From the NCBI GenBank assembly GCA_965113315.1, contig OZ220365.1: a stretch of DNA of 64,000 bases; one strand, written 5' to 3'. Every line of letters starts with the position of its first letter. Within the stretch, counting starts at the first letter, position 1. The DNA comes from Podarcis vaucheri. Taxonomy: Eukaryota. The notes below the pieces were generated by a model. That model searched no databases. It was not told the DNA's origin and saw nothing but the letters and a program-made list of their open reading frames with translations. Positions 10,901 through 23,300 of the stretch are shown one piece after another. The translations under genes and the position numbers were made by a program.

Positions 10901-13900
10901 CTAAAAAACAAACAAACAAACAAACAAACAAACAAACAAACTGCAAATGAGATAGCATTCAACCCACTAGGAAAAATTGGCTCAGGAAGGAATCTATTGC
11001 TTGTTAAACCAGTAGTATATTATTCCAGTGTTCTTTAATCTGCATTGCCTGCACTGCTTGCCAGTTTCCAGATACAGTGCAAAATTAATGATGAGTGTTA
11101 ACTAGCTTTAAGGTGCTCTAAATGGTTTGGAGCTTTAGAGACTAGTTCTCTGCTCCTGTTCCTCTTGGCATGGCAATGATTAGGTCATCTGAATTGCTTC
11201 AAAAATGAGAATGGTTGAGAGTTTTGTAGCACCTTACAGGTGAATAGAAAACATAAGAGTTTACAGATTAGAGCCCCCTTCATCTGAAGCATAGAATGTA
11301 AGAGTTACAGTCTGTGACATTTCAAGAAAAACCTAAAATGTATACAACTTTTAAAGAAATCACTTATAGCAGCTATAATGAGTGATAGCACCACCTTCAT
11401 AGATTTGCTCATTTAACAATCATAATGGGGGGGGGCGCACAGGGTGGAACTTATGGTGGATTTGGTAATATTGTGCATATGCAAGGGCTTTTGATCCAGT
11501 AGAGGGATCTGGTAATAGAAGAGGAAGGGAGGGTTGTTGTTTTTACCATATCTCCTTCCTCCTATGCCACATTCTACCCTGTTCTGGAGGATCCCTCAAC
11601 TCCTTTGAACCAATTTTCTTGGGCTGTTAGGGCAAAGCATACAGGTGCTATAATGCATTCACTTTTTAAAAACTGAAATGAGGGTTTTATGGTTGAATAT
11701 AGCAAACACTTAATTTCTTGGGTGTTGTTTGATTGTTGCAGCTTCCCCATTTAAACCTCCCAGAAATCTGCACACTTCTGATTCTACGATGTCAAGTTTC
11801 CGTGTAACCTGGGAGCCAGCCCCCGGTGAAGTGACGGGTTATAAAGTAACTTTCCATCCAACTGGAGAAAGCAGGCGCCTTGGAGAATTAATAGTTGGCC
11901 CATATGACAACACGGTTGTATTGGAGGAGCTCAGGTATTGCCACTCATAATTTCCTTCCTTATCAGTATTTCCCCCCCATAGGTATTTTTCAGTCAACTG
12001 CATCTCTTTCAGCATATAATTTCAATTCTATCATCCTATGTTTATTTTTTAAAGTCTATTTCATTAGATGCCAAAGGCAGAAAGGCATGGTAAATATACT
12101 ATTCAAATAAATGAATTAAAATATGACCCTCAAGAAAGCTTGTAAAACCCTTCTGCTGGGTCTGTAGTAGTTGTTAGCTGTCTTGATGGCCAAGCTTGGC
12201 TCAAAGCTAGGAGATACAGACAATACAGCTATAGATGTTCAGTTGTAAGGACCAATCTCTTGCTTCAGTAATAGTTTCTTGCTCAGTGCTATTTTTCTAG
12301 AAAAAGAGGTGCCGGAACTCACAATGAACACCTCCCTTGTTCTCTTAGAATGGCAATGGCGCTCACCTGAGAGGTGCCGGAAAAGAGTTCCTGCGAGTTC
12401 CCTGTGAAAAAGAAAGCTTTAGATTTCAGCTCCTAAAGACTTACCCTGCCGTAAAAATGACAGGGAGAATCATTGTAGTTTAGTGGTTAGTGTTTATGAA
12501 CTCTGATCAAGAAGACCCAGGTTCCAATCCACACTTGGCCACAAAGCTTTTTTGAAGATCTTGTTGGGCCAGCCTAACCCACCCCATATCCTTCTTAGGA
12601 TAAAATCAGTGGGGAGAGAGCCATGTATTCTGTCCTGAGCTCCTTTGAGAAATGGCGGGATTAAAAACAGAGTGAATAAATCTCTAAAGGTGTCAAAGTG
12701 ATCCATCCATTCCCAGTCTAATTTGCTTCCTATATGCATTGAAATCACGCAGGGCAGGCACTTCCTACAAAGTCAATGTTTTTGGAATGTTTGAAGGAGG
12801 TGAAAGTGCACCACTGATTGGAGAAGAAATGACTACCCTTTCAGATACTGCTGAGGTGCCCTTTTTACCTGAAGGTAAATATGATTTTAATGAGAAGCCC
12901 ATTTCTTATTTGGATATTCTAGCTGTAGATCTTTACTTTTAGAAAACTGGTAAAGTGAACTGTTTTCAACATAATTAACTGATACAGTTATTTACTTGCA
13001 GGAGTAATTGCAAAAAGAAAAGGCTACTTTTCATGAAGACCACTCCTTGGTCTTTAGTGACCATTTTTAAAGATAACTTCCCTCTCCGTTAGTTTCCATC
13101 TTTATAAAAAGGCTCTTTCTTGTTTGTGAAGACTTTAATGATTATTGCCCCATTTCACATTATAGCTATGCAGACTTATACAGTTACTCATGCATTGTCA
13201 AATACACGATTTACAGACACACACACACACACACACCCCATACAGCACTATATGGAGTCAATAAACAGCCCATATGGTGCCACCACTGTCCTTCTCTCTG
13301 GAAATTTGAAAATGCTGCAGGAAGGATTTTGAAACCTTTCAGAGAATTTAGGGCAGGCATAGGCAAACTTGGCCCTCCAGATGTTTTGGGACTACAACTC
13401 CCATCATCCCTAGCTAACAGGGCCAGTGGTCTGGGATGATGGGAGTTGTAGCCCCAAAACATCTGGAGGGCCAAGTTTGCCTATGCCTGATTTAGGGTGA
13501 ATAAAATTTGGCCAGGATCCAAACAGCTATTTTATATGTGTCCAATGACTTTACCCATTGAATTTTTAAAAACATTTTTCTTTGAACCCTGTGGTGAATA
13601 ACATACCATGTTTGAACATTCCCCAAATTTTCAAGAGGTTTACTCTGTGGCAAGTGTTTGAAAAACTCCAAGCAAACACGGACATCTGGAATTACTTTCT
13701 TCAGTTCTTTGGATCCAGGACTGTTTCTGCACTGTTTCTGCTTGATAGTGCAATCTTAAATACATTTACTAGGCAGTAAGCCCCAGTGCACACAGTGCAG
13801 CTTCTGAGTAAGCGTGCATATAATTCACTGTGCAATAGTTCACTGGCCTAAACTGAAACACTGTCAGGAGGTATATAATGTTGCAAGTGAAATGGGAAAT

Positions 13901-14220
13901 ACTGTAGTAGTTAACTCCTCCATATAGAAAATGAGCAGTGTTCTGAAACTTCACAGTGCCTCCCCTCAAGAGGGTGTGGGTGGGCATGAATGTATTTTCA
14001 AAAAGTGAAACTTGAACAAAATCCACAGGACAGGCTTGTACAGTGGTACCTCAGGTTACATAAGCTTCAGGTTAAATACGCTTCAGGTAACCCGAGGTAC
14101 CACTGTATGTGTGTGTGGCAGCGGGGATTGCATCTAGCAGTGTTAAGAAAGGCCCCCGCCCCCGCTCACTTGCAGGGCTTTTTGCAAGCAGTCTTTCAGC
14201 CCAGCAGCTTTTGCTTGTCT

Positions 14221-14288
<68 letters not shown>

Positions 14289-14348
14289 TTTGTAAACAAC
14301 TTAGAAGCCCATTCTGGCATTAAGTGGTATATAAGTAAAATAAAGTGA

Positions 14349-14389
<41 letters not shown>

Positions 14390-17300
14390 ATATCAAAATC
14401 TGACTGTGTGCTGTTGCATGGTTACATTATAGGCTGGAAGGCATTTTTTTAAAGCCCACTGCAATACCACTGCAAGTGAGTGTAGGACTTTCTTAAAGCC
14501 TTTCAATGCAAAGCAGCAAGGGCAACAACAACAACAGATAACACCCATTGGTCACTTGACTGACATGATAAGCTAAATCCTCCATCCTATGATTTATTTT
14601 ATTTTTTTGCAAAGTTCTCTTGCTCCCTGCAAAAGAGGCAGAAAAATGAATTCCTCCTTTGAAGGGAGTGAAGGAAATGCAGGGTTCAGTACAGCACTAT
14701 AAAATAATTCCACCAAAATCACTTATACTGAGTTATACTGTGTTCCATTCTTATGGAGGAAAGAATAGTTTTGAGGATGGAAAAGTCCATCCTTCACAGG
14801 AGGGAACCCTTGGAGCCAACTCAGTAGGTACAGTCTGGCTAAAATTAGGTATTTTTCAGTCTTATTTATTTTTAGGGGACAGTTAAGCACATGGGCTGCT
14901 ATTTGACTAAGATTTACTTAGACTAGGCTAATTGGAATGAATGAACATGACTTACGTCAATCTCAGTGGGTTTGCTTTGAGTAAAATGTAGTTGAGCACT
15001 ACCCATACTTAACTCTCTCCCACTGAAATAAGTGCACCTTAAAAAGTTCCTAATGTTGGCAGGATAATACCCCGTTTATATCATTGCAATTGCCCTTTAT
15101 TCCTGCAGTTATTCCTTACAACCTAAGATGCTTTTCTTTCTTTCTTTTTTAAATAAATGAAGTGAAGTGGCAGCCTATGTGGAAAATTGTGCTCATAAAA
15201 ATCCATATGCTGCATTAAAACATATAGACTTTCTGCCATGGCTTTCTGGTTGGAGACTAAATTTACAAAAGATTTGATGGCATTGATATTTCCAATGTTT
15301 AAAATTAAGGCCAGACTCCAGACACTCGTGTGTGTTGCTTTGCATTCACAATTATCAGGGCTTTTCTGGTCCCCTCCTCTAACACAAGGCTCTTTGAATC
15401 CTCAACAATGTTAGCAAGTGCATGAACTTTAATATATACCCTATTTCATGATTTATGATTGTGTTGATTAAAGACTAGTGTTGTATTTTCTATGCAGAAG
15501 AGGATCATGCTTTTAAATCCTCAGGTACCTGGAATAGTTCTATTCATGAATCTACAGTTTTGGATCAATTATGTGGAACATAGATGAAATCACTCTGATG
15601 AGTGTGCCTGATTTTACTCAATGGGATTTCTTCCATGTAAAGACCAGAAGCTATGATGGCATGAAGCCAGAAGGTTTTGCTGCTGGTAACATGATCTCCA
15701 GAGGAAAAAAGGAGGAAGAGCACACATACACCCATTCAAATGGCTAATGAAAGGATCATATTTTAAAGCCTTGTGTCTTTCTGCTTTGTATAAACACACT
15801 GTGATTTTCAGCATGTAGAAAGCAGTTCTTATTTTTATCCTACAAATGGACGGTCCCCAATATTTTATTTACTTTCTCTCTGAAGCATTTAAAACTTTGT
15901 ATAAATGTTTGTTTTTGTCACTTCTGATTCTTTTGTGTTTATGTGTGTTTCTGTATCTTATATGTGTTGTATTCTTTCTCTTGTTGTGTTAAATGTGTAA
16001 AAGTCTGCACCATCTTCATTAACAGACCACAAAACAGTATAAAATTAATTTTATCATTTATCTCCACATATTAAGCATATGGACTAATTTCTAAAGATTC
16101 TTGTTTAACACTCCTCAGATTTTATCAATTCTCACACATATTTAACTGGAGAAGATGCGCAATTTTGAAGTAGTCGTTGTCATTGGCTACCTAACTTAAG
16201 TTTATTTAGTTGTTCAATAATTTAGCTGTGTTGATTCTCACTGCACTTGGGCCCTGGCTAAGTAATAGTCTAATAGATCATGTCAGTGTTACGGGCAGTG
16301 CTCACCAGAATATGCTTCACAGCACACCTTTTAAAGCAAATATTACTAATACATAATCTCAGAAGTGTTATTGGTAGCACTATGGAATGCTCCTAACGAC
16401 TTTAAGTTCCAATTTATATAGAAGAACACTAGTCAGTTACTTAAGCCATGCATGCTGGACAATGTAAAAGAGGATAGGATAGAAAACAGCTGTTCATTTG
16501 CTGCAACTAACACACTTGTATTTTGATTGCTGTGACAGGCCTGGAATGCAAAACCAAAGTAGAAGCAGATATTGTGTTGCTGGTGGATGGCTCATGGAGC
16601 ATTGGTCGGCAAAATTTTAAAACAATCAGAAGCTTCATTGGTCGCATTGTTGAAGTATTTGACATTGGTCCCGACAAAGTGCAGATTGGTAAGCCTTGAA
16701 TGTCCTGAAATAATTTGGGGGTGTTGTTGTTTTGGGACCTTTTGCAACTAAGTTATATTTCTCTCCCAGCTCTTGCACAGTATAGTGGATCTCCTAGAAC
16801 AGAATGGAACCTCAATGCACACAAAACCAAACAGAGTTTGATGGATGCTGTTGCCAACTTGCCTTATAAAGGAGGGAACACCCTCACAGGTAACATTCTG
16901 CTGCTGAATTCATCATAAGGTACACTGGGGAAATTAATACAATGTTATATGGTCTGAAAAGATTTTTTGTTTTGAATATATTATACTGACTTTATAGAGT
17001 GGACAAAGAAGTGGTTCTTTAATCTCCTCTGTTTATCTGCTGCCACTCAGTCTCTTCAAACAACACTCCACAGAATCTCTTCAGAACGCTTCCCCAATTT
17101 CCTCAGCCAAGACCTTCAGTCCCTTATAGTAGCCCTTAAGGAACAACAACAACAACAACAAAGTCTGTGCTACAGATATCTCACAGGGAGCATCACTGCG
17201 CAATCTTACTCTGTATAAGTGATCTCCAAACTAGGAGGGTAGTCTATGGTTACCAGGCAGAAAGTTGTCTTGCCAGTGCAAGTTGTCTTGCCAGTGCAAG

Positions 17301-20300
17301 TAGATAAACTGCTGCAGGAAAATAAACAACGTTTCTGTGTGCTCCGACACTCGTCATAGTGTCCCATTGCGCCAGAAGCTCAATGTCATGCTGGCCACAT
17401 GACTTGGAAAGCTGTGGACAAATGCTGGCTCCCTCAGCCTGAAATGAGATGAGCACCACACCCTATAGTCAAGTTTAACTGGACTTAACCATCCAGGGGT
17501 CCTTTACCTATGAGTGGTAACCGTAACAGCTGGAATGAAGTAAGTACTTAGGGCAAAGCTTATGTGTCTCTTAATGAAGGTACCTATCCTACTTTAGGGA
17601 CGTCTACTCTCTATGCTGGAATCTATGGCTAATGAATAATGGGTACCTGTGTGTGCTGTGATTTCAGGAGATGCTCTGAAGTTCATCTTAAACAACAACT
17701 TTAAGATAGAATCTGGCATGAGGCCTGGGGCTCGCAAAATTGGTGTCCTCATCACAGATGGCAAATCACAAGATGATATAGTTGTGCCATCTCAGTCACT
17801 GAGAGATTTGGGAGTGGAGCTGTATGCTGTTGGTGAGTATTACGTGGAGAGGTGGGAAATATAGAAGTTGGTTGGAAAACTAAATCACTTTCTCCTTTAT
17901 ATGAATTGGGAAACAGTCTAATGAACATGCCTAGGTTATTTTAAAATGTTTTATTTTTGTGACCTTTTTAAGGTATCAAAAATGCTGATGAAAATGAACT
18001 GAAGCAGATCGCAACAGACCCCGATAACATTCATGTTTACAATGTTGGCGATTTTGGCCTCCTTGTTACGATTATTGATGACCTCACTAATAATTTGTGC
18101 AATAGTGTCAGAGGTCCAGGTATGTTTCTCTTTCTAGTTTCGTTTTCAACTTCTTTTTACCTTTTATATGATGCCTGCTGAATTTTTCCTAAATTACTTA
18201 CTTGGAACTTTGTTTTTGCATTACCCCCATGGTGTGCTAGCTGTTAAAGCCCATCTGCTTTCTGAGCTCTCAGGTAGCATCTGAAGCTCTGGATCATGTG
18301 AGAAGTAGCAGGGTGGCAGCCTTCACACATGCCAGCATTACCACATTTTCTGTGAATGGGGAAATGCTGAGTGAGAACAAGTCATAGGATGGACTTCTCC
18401 CACATGACCCAAGTCGCCAATGTTTAGTTTCACAGTCCAGGAAGGAGTTGTACTACACTAGTGACTCCATCACAGAGTAATAAGAGAAAAGTTCCTTGGG
18501 AGGAAAATATATTCTATAGCCGTTTTAAGACAGAGATACTCATGAGCAACTGTTGGCATATTATTTAACAAGATAAAAGGGCAAATTCAAATGTTACAAC
18601 GAGTCCTGCACAGAAGAAAATATATGAAATAACATGCCCTCAGCATGTCATTTGTGATTTTTGCATATCAATTGGTTTTTTTGCTCTGAAGTTTTTACTG
18701 GCTGCAGCTTCTCAGTGCATGGACTTAGCTTTGCCATAACATCTCAAGTGTGATTATCACAGATTAAAGAATGCATCATATTTTACTATAAATTATTTTA
18801 TGCATATTAATCATATACATTTCAGTTCAGTAAGTAAATAGATCCAATACTTAAGTAAAAACAAGTTGAGTTGATGTATATTATTGTTTTGCATTTCCTT
18901 CTTTGGTAACCCTCCTAATGAAGATTTTATAGTATTGTTCCTTTTTTTTGCATCACAGCTGATTTGGCACTTCCACCAACCAATCTAAGAACCTCTGAGG
19001 AGACACCTTATTCCTTCAGAGTATCATGGACGCCACCTGCTGAGAGCGTTGATAGATACAGGGTTGAATATTATCCTGCAGATGGAGGCCCACGAAAGGA
19101 GGTCAGCACTGGACATCCAATTTTATTATTTTTATTTATGTTTATGTATACCACTGATTTTGCAGTGGCTCCGCTCCTTCCTCCTGGACCATGTCCAGAA
19201 AGTAGTGCTGGGAGATGAATGTTCAGATCCCTGGGCTCTCACTTGTGGGGTGCCTCAGGGCTCTGTCTTCTCCCCCATGCTTTTCAATATCTATATGAAG
19301 CCACTGGGAGAGATCATCGGGGGGGGGGGGTGTTTGGACTGGGTGTTCACCAGTATGCGGATGATACCCAGCTCTACCTCTTTTAAATTGGAACTAGTGA
19401 AGGCAGTGAATGTCCTGTGTGAGTGTCTTTACTAGAAGTTGCTTTTGTTCTATCAGGGCCAAGAGCAGAGATAAAAATAGCAGTAGATAGATTTATGCAC
19501 AATTATGTCTCCCGTTTCTTGTTTTCATGCAGGTCTTTGTAAGTCGTTCAGAGACGACTACAGTTCTGACTGGCCTCAAGCCCGAAACAAAGTATATTGT
19601 GAATGTATATTCTGTGGTAGAAGGTACCAGTAGCGTACCTCTAGAGGGCGTTGATACGACTTGTAAGTGTCAATTCAAATTCAATTAAGATATGTGATAA
19701 TTCATAAAACTTCCAAACTGTTTTTACAACAAAGTTCTGCATAGAATGTTTGTGGGAATATGGAGTGGAGATGAGAACTCCAAGCATATAAAAAACCTCT
19801 ATGGATATTTTTAAAAATTGCAACCTCCTTGTAGATAGACATTACCTTACTGAACAACAAAATGATTCACTCTGGGAACTGTAGCTCTGTGAGGGGAATA
19901 GGGGGTCTCCTAACAAGTCTCAGCACCCTTAACAAAGTACTGTCCCCAGGATTCTTTGGGGGGGGGACCATGACTGATTAAAGTGGTATGACACTACTTT
20001 AAACGTATATTGAAGGAGCCTACGATGAGAAAGAGAACATTGGGTATTTAATATTCTATGATATTATAAGCAATATGACAGGAGACTTTTGGTTCTTCAG
20101 TCCAGAGGGTAGAGTTATGAAAAGGATGAGTGCCAATCAAGCTGGGTGACCCTGAGAGTGTGATTCAGCTTTGTCAGTATACATTTCAGATTTAGCAATT
20201 TGGGATTGTGGCTGTGTAGATTAAGTCCAGAACAGATGAGAGAAACTATCCCAGACAGTTATGTGTATTATGCTCTCATAGGATTAAAACACTGTTCACC

Positions 20301-23300
20301 GAAAGTCATGTACAGTTTGTGACCCACTAAACTAACTTCAGACTATTAGCTATGCATCAGAACCTGCCAAGTACCTAACATCTCCCCTGTTCTTACAAAC
20401 CCTGGGAGACTGCAAAAACAGGAGGTTTCTTAAGCCCTTTTGAGTCAGTATGTACAGCTGGTGGACTGTGTTCAAACTAGTTGGTTATAAGTTGTGCGGG
20501 CCTGGTTTACTGCAAAAAAAAATACAATAACTAAAAGCTACTCCCCATCTGAAAGCTGAAAGTTCAAACATGTTTTCAAAAATGAAGACGTAAAATATGT
20601 TTATGGACACAAATAACTGAATTACATTTATGGTTCTGCAGTGCCAATCCCTTCAGTCAGAAACTTGAATGCGTATGACATCACCTCAACAACAATGCGC
20701 GTGCGATGGGAACCTGTCAGTGGAGCTACTGGCTATGTGCTGCTGTATGAACCTGTCAATGCCACAATACCAGCAACAGAGAAACAGGTAACAACAAATT
20801 TAAGAAAGAGAGGCAGACAGACAGTGAGAACCTGAATTTGCTTCCATATGCCAAAGCAGTGAGACATTTATTTTGTGAGTGTATAGATTATAAAATAAAA
20901 CAGCTTGATTGGAAAGTTATATACACAATAATGTATGAGTCAGGAAGTTGTAAATACATTATTAAACATGGAAACTGAATTTTTTTAAAAAAACAATGTA
21001 AAGGCCCAAGCATTTTGTTTTTCTTTCTAGTGGCTTCTTCTAAACTTCCTTGTTTCTTTTTCTCTTTTTCCAGATGCGTGTTGGAGCATCAGTGAATGAT
21101 GTACAGCTGCTTGACCTGATTCCTAACACTGAATACACTTTAACAATTCATTCAGCTTTTGGTGACCTCATCAGTGATCCACTCACCACGCAGGAAGTCA
21201 CCTGTAGGAATAATATCTTGCTTGTCTTATATTTACCCCCTCTTGGTTTGGCAATGCCATGCCTCAGTATATTAAGGGTATACTGTGATTTGTGTACAGG
21301 CAACGTTTCACTTGCCACTTGCGCACAACTGTGCACATGCACAGCTCTCATGAACTGGATGTGCTGTGTGACTTTGTTGAGGCTGCTGAGTGTCCCTGCC
21401 TAATAGCTGGCTTGTGGGGTAGCGCAGCAGGAACAGCAACAGCCACTTTTCTGTGTACTAGCCATTAGGAGGGGAGGCTCAGCAGTCCCCTCCAGCTCAT
21501 GAGGGGCCCTCCCTGGAGCCCAACGAGGATGCCCTCTGGGCTCTGGGGAGGGTCTACTCATGAGCTGGAGGGTGCAGCAGGGCTTTGCTGAGGCTCCCCA
21601 CCTAAAAGCTGACACGCAGGAAAGAGCTGCTTTGTCACACCTCAGTTAGGCGGGAAGGGTCAGCACTCTCAACAAAGCCTGCTGTTCCTCTGACTCATGA
21701 GGAGACTCCCAACAGAGCCCAAAGAGGATGTCATTGTTGGGCTCTGGGGAGGGTCTCCTCATGAGCCATGAGGACTCTACAGGGTTCTCCCCACTTATGC
21801 ACATTTCACTTATGGATGTGGAGGGCCAGAACATTACCCCTGGGTAAGTGAGGTGTTGCCTGTACATAGTCACACTGGCGAAGGAACAGGAGTGCGGGGG
21901 GGGGGGGAGCGCATTGCCCCGGCAGTGCGATCCCATTGGGGTGCCATTGCTGCTGCTCCCCCGCCTGCACTGGGCGCCACGCCCCCACAGGCGACATGCC
22001 ATGCCCCCAGGATGCTTGTCACGCCCCCAGGATGCATGCCAGCCCCACCCCTCCTGCTCCCCGCCCCCCGGTGCCGGAGCATGAAGCTCCACCACTGCAT
22101 AGTTATACCATTACTCAGTTACTTAGACACATTCTACGGGCTTGGATTATTGTCACTAAACCCATCCACTAATACTTAAAATGTGATAGTGCTACTGTAC
22201 CCATACAGCGCTTGAAACTTGGCTGCAAAAAGACAATCACTCTCCAAAGATGTTCTGAAAGATGTTCCCATGTTATTCTCAATGGGAAGCCTTTAGATAT
22301 GGCTGTTCATATAGCACAGGCACAAGGCGTATTAGGAATAGATGATAGCTTTTTCCCCATCTGAAGAATTGAAGGTTTTTATTAGAATAACCATTTCTTA
22401 TTGTATATATACTTGCAGCTATTTACCGTATTTTTTGCTCTATAAGACTCACTTTTTCCCACCTAAAAAGTAAGGGGAAATGTGTGTGCGTCTTATGGAG
22501 TGAATGCAGGCTGCACAGCTATCCCAGAAGCCAGAACAGCAAGAGGGATCGCTGCTTTCGCTGTGCAGCGATCCCTCTTGTTGTTCTGGCTTCTGAGATT
22601 CAGAATATTTTTTTCTTGTTTTTCTCCTCCAAAAATGAGGTGCGTCTTATGGTCTGGTGTGTCTTATAGAGCGAAAAATACAGTACCTCCCATAAGCATG
22701 TTTTTCTGGTTTACATATTATTTCAGTACCTTGTAAAATCTGTTTGAAAGGTGGCATTCTCACTTCAGTTAATTTTTTAATATGAATGTAAAAGTTACAT
22801 GGACTAGGAGATTTAAAGATAATTATTTGCTAAAATATAAACCTGTTTGGGGGATGGCATTTAATATTCTTGCCAATATGTCTGATTATTCCACAGTACC
22901 TTTAAGTGGAGCAAAAAGCCTAATGATAAGAGATATTACTCACAGCAGCATGCGAGTCATTTGGGAACGTGCTCCAGGGAAAGTTCGGAAATACATATTG
23001 AGATACAAAGCAGCTGGGGAAGATGACGTGAAAGAGGTAGGTGAATTTTAGCTAATATGTGAAGATAGCTTAAGTGGAGTATTACAGCATGACTACCTGC
23101 AGCAGTGTTATTAAGGAGCAATCAGATGCCTGAGTTCCTGATATGTAAAATTATTTCTCCTCTTAAACAAATTTAGATTCTTTGGTTTCAGTGGTACTGA
23201 ACCAACATATATGGATTGTTCTTCTCTTAGAAGTTAGCATTGCTAAGCCACAGGATTCTTATGTTATAAATACAAGTGGTAGAAGAGTGACAATGGCTAG

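Noticed and set aside
21646-22179. Cluster of overlapping ORFs on both strands
   Set aside because: Explained by low stop frequency in a GC-rich MITE; no recognisable protein.
22482-22736. Similar peptides in ORFs at 22482/22484 and 59225 suggesting a small gene family
   Set aside because: Both are translations of the same non-coding MITE in opposite orientations.
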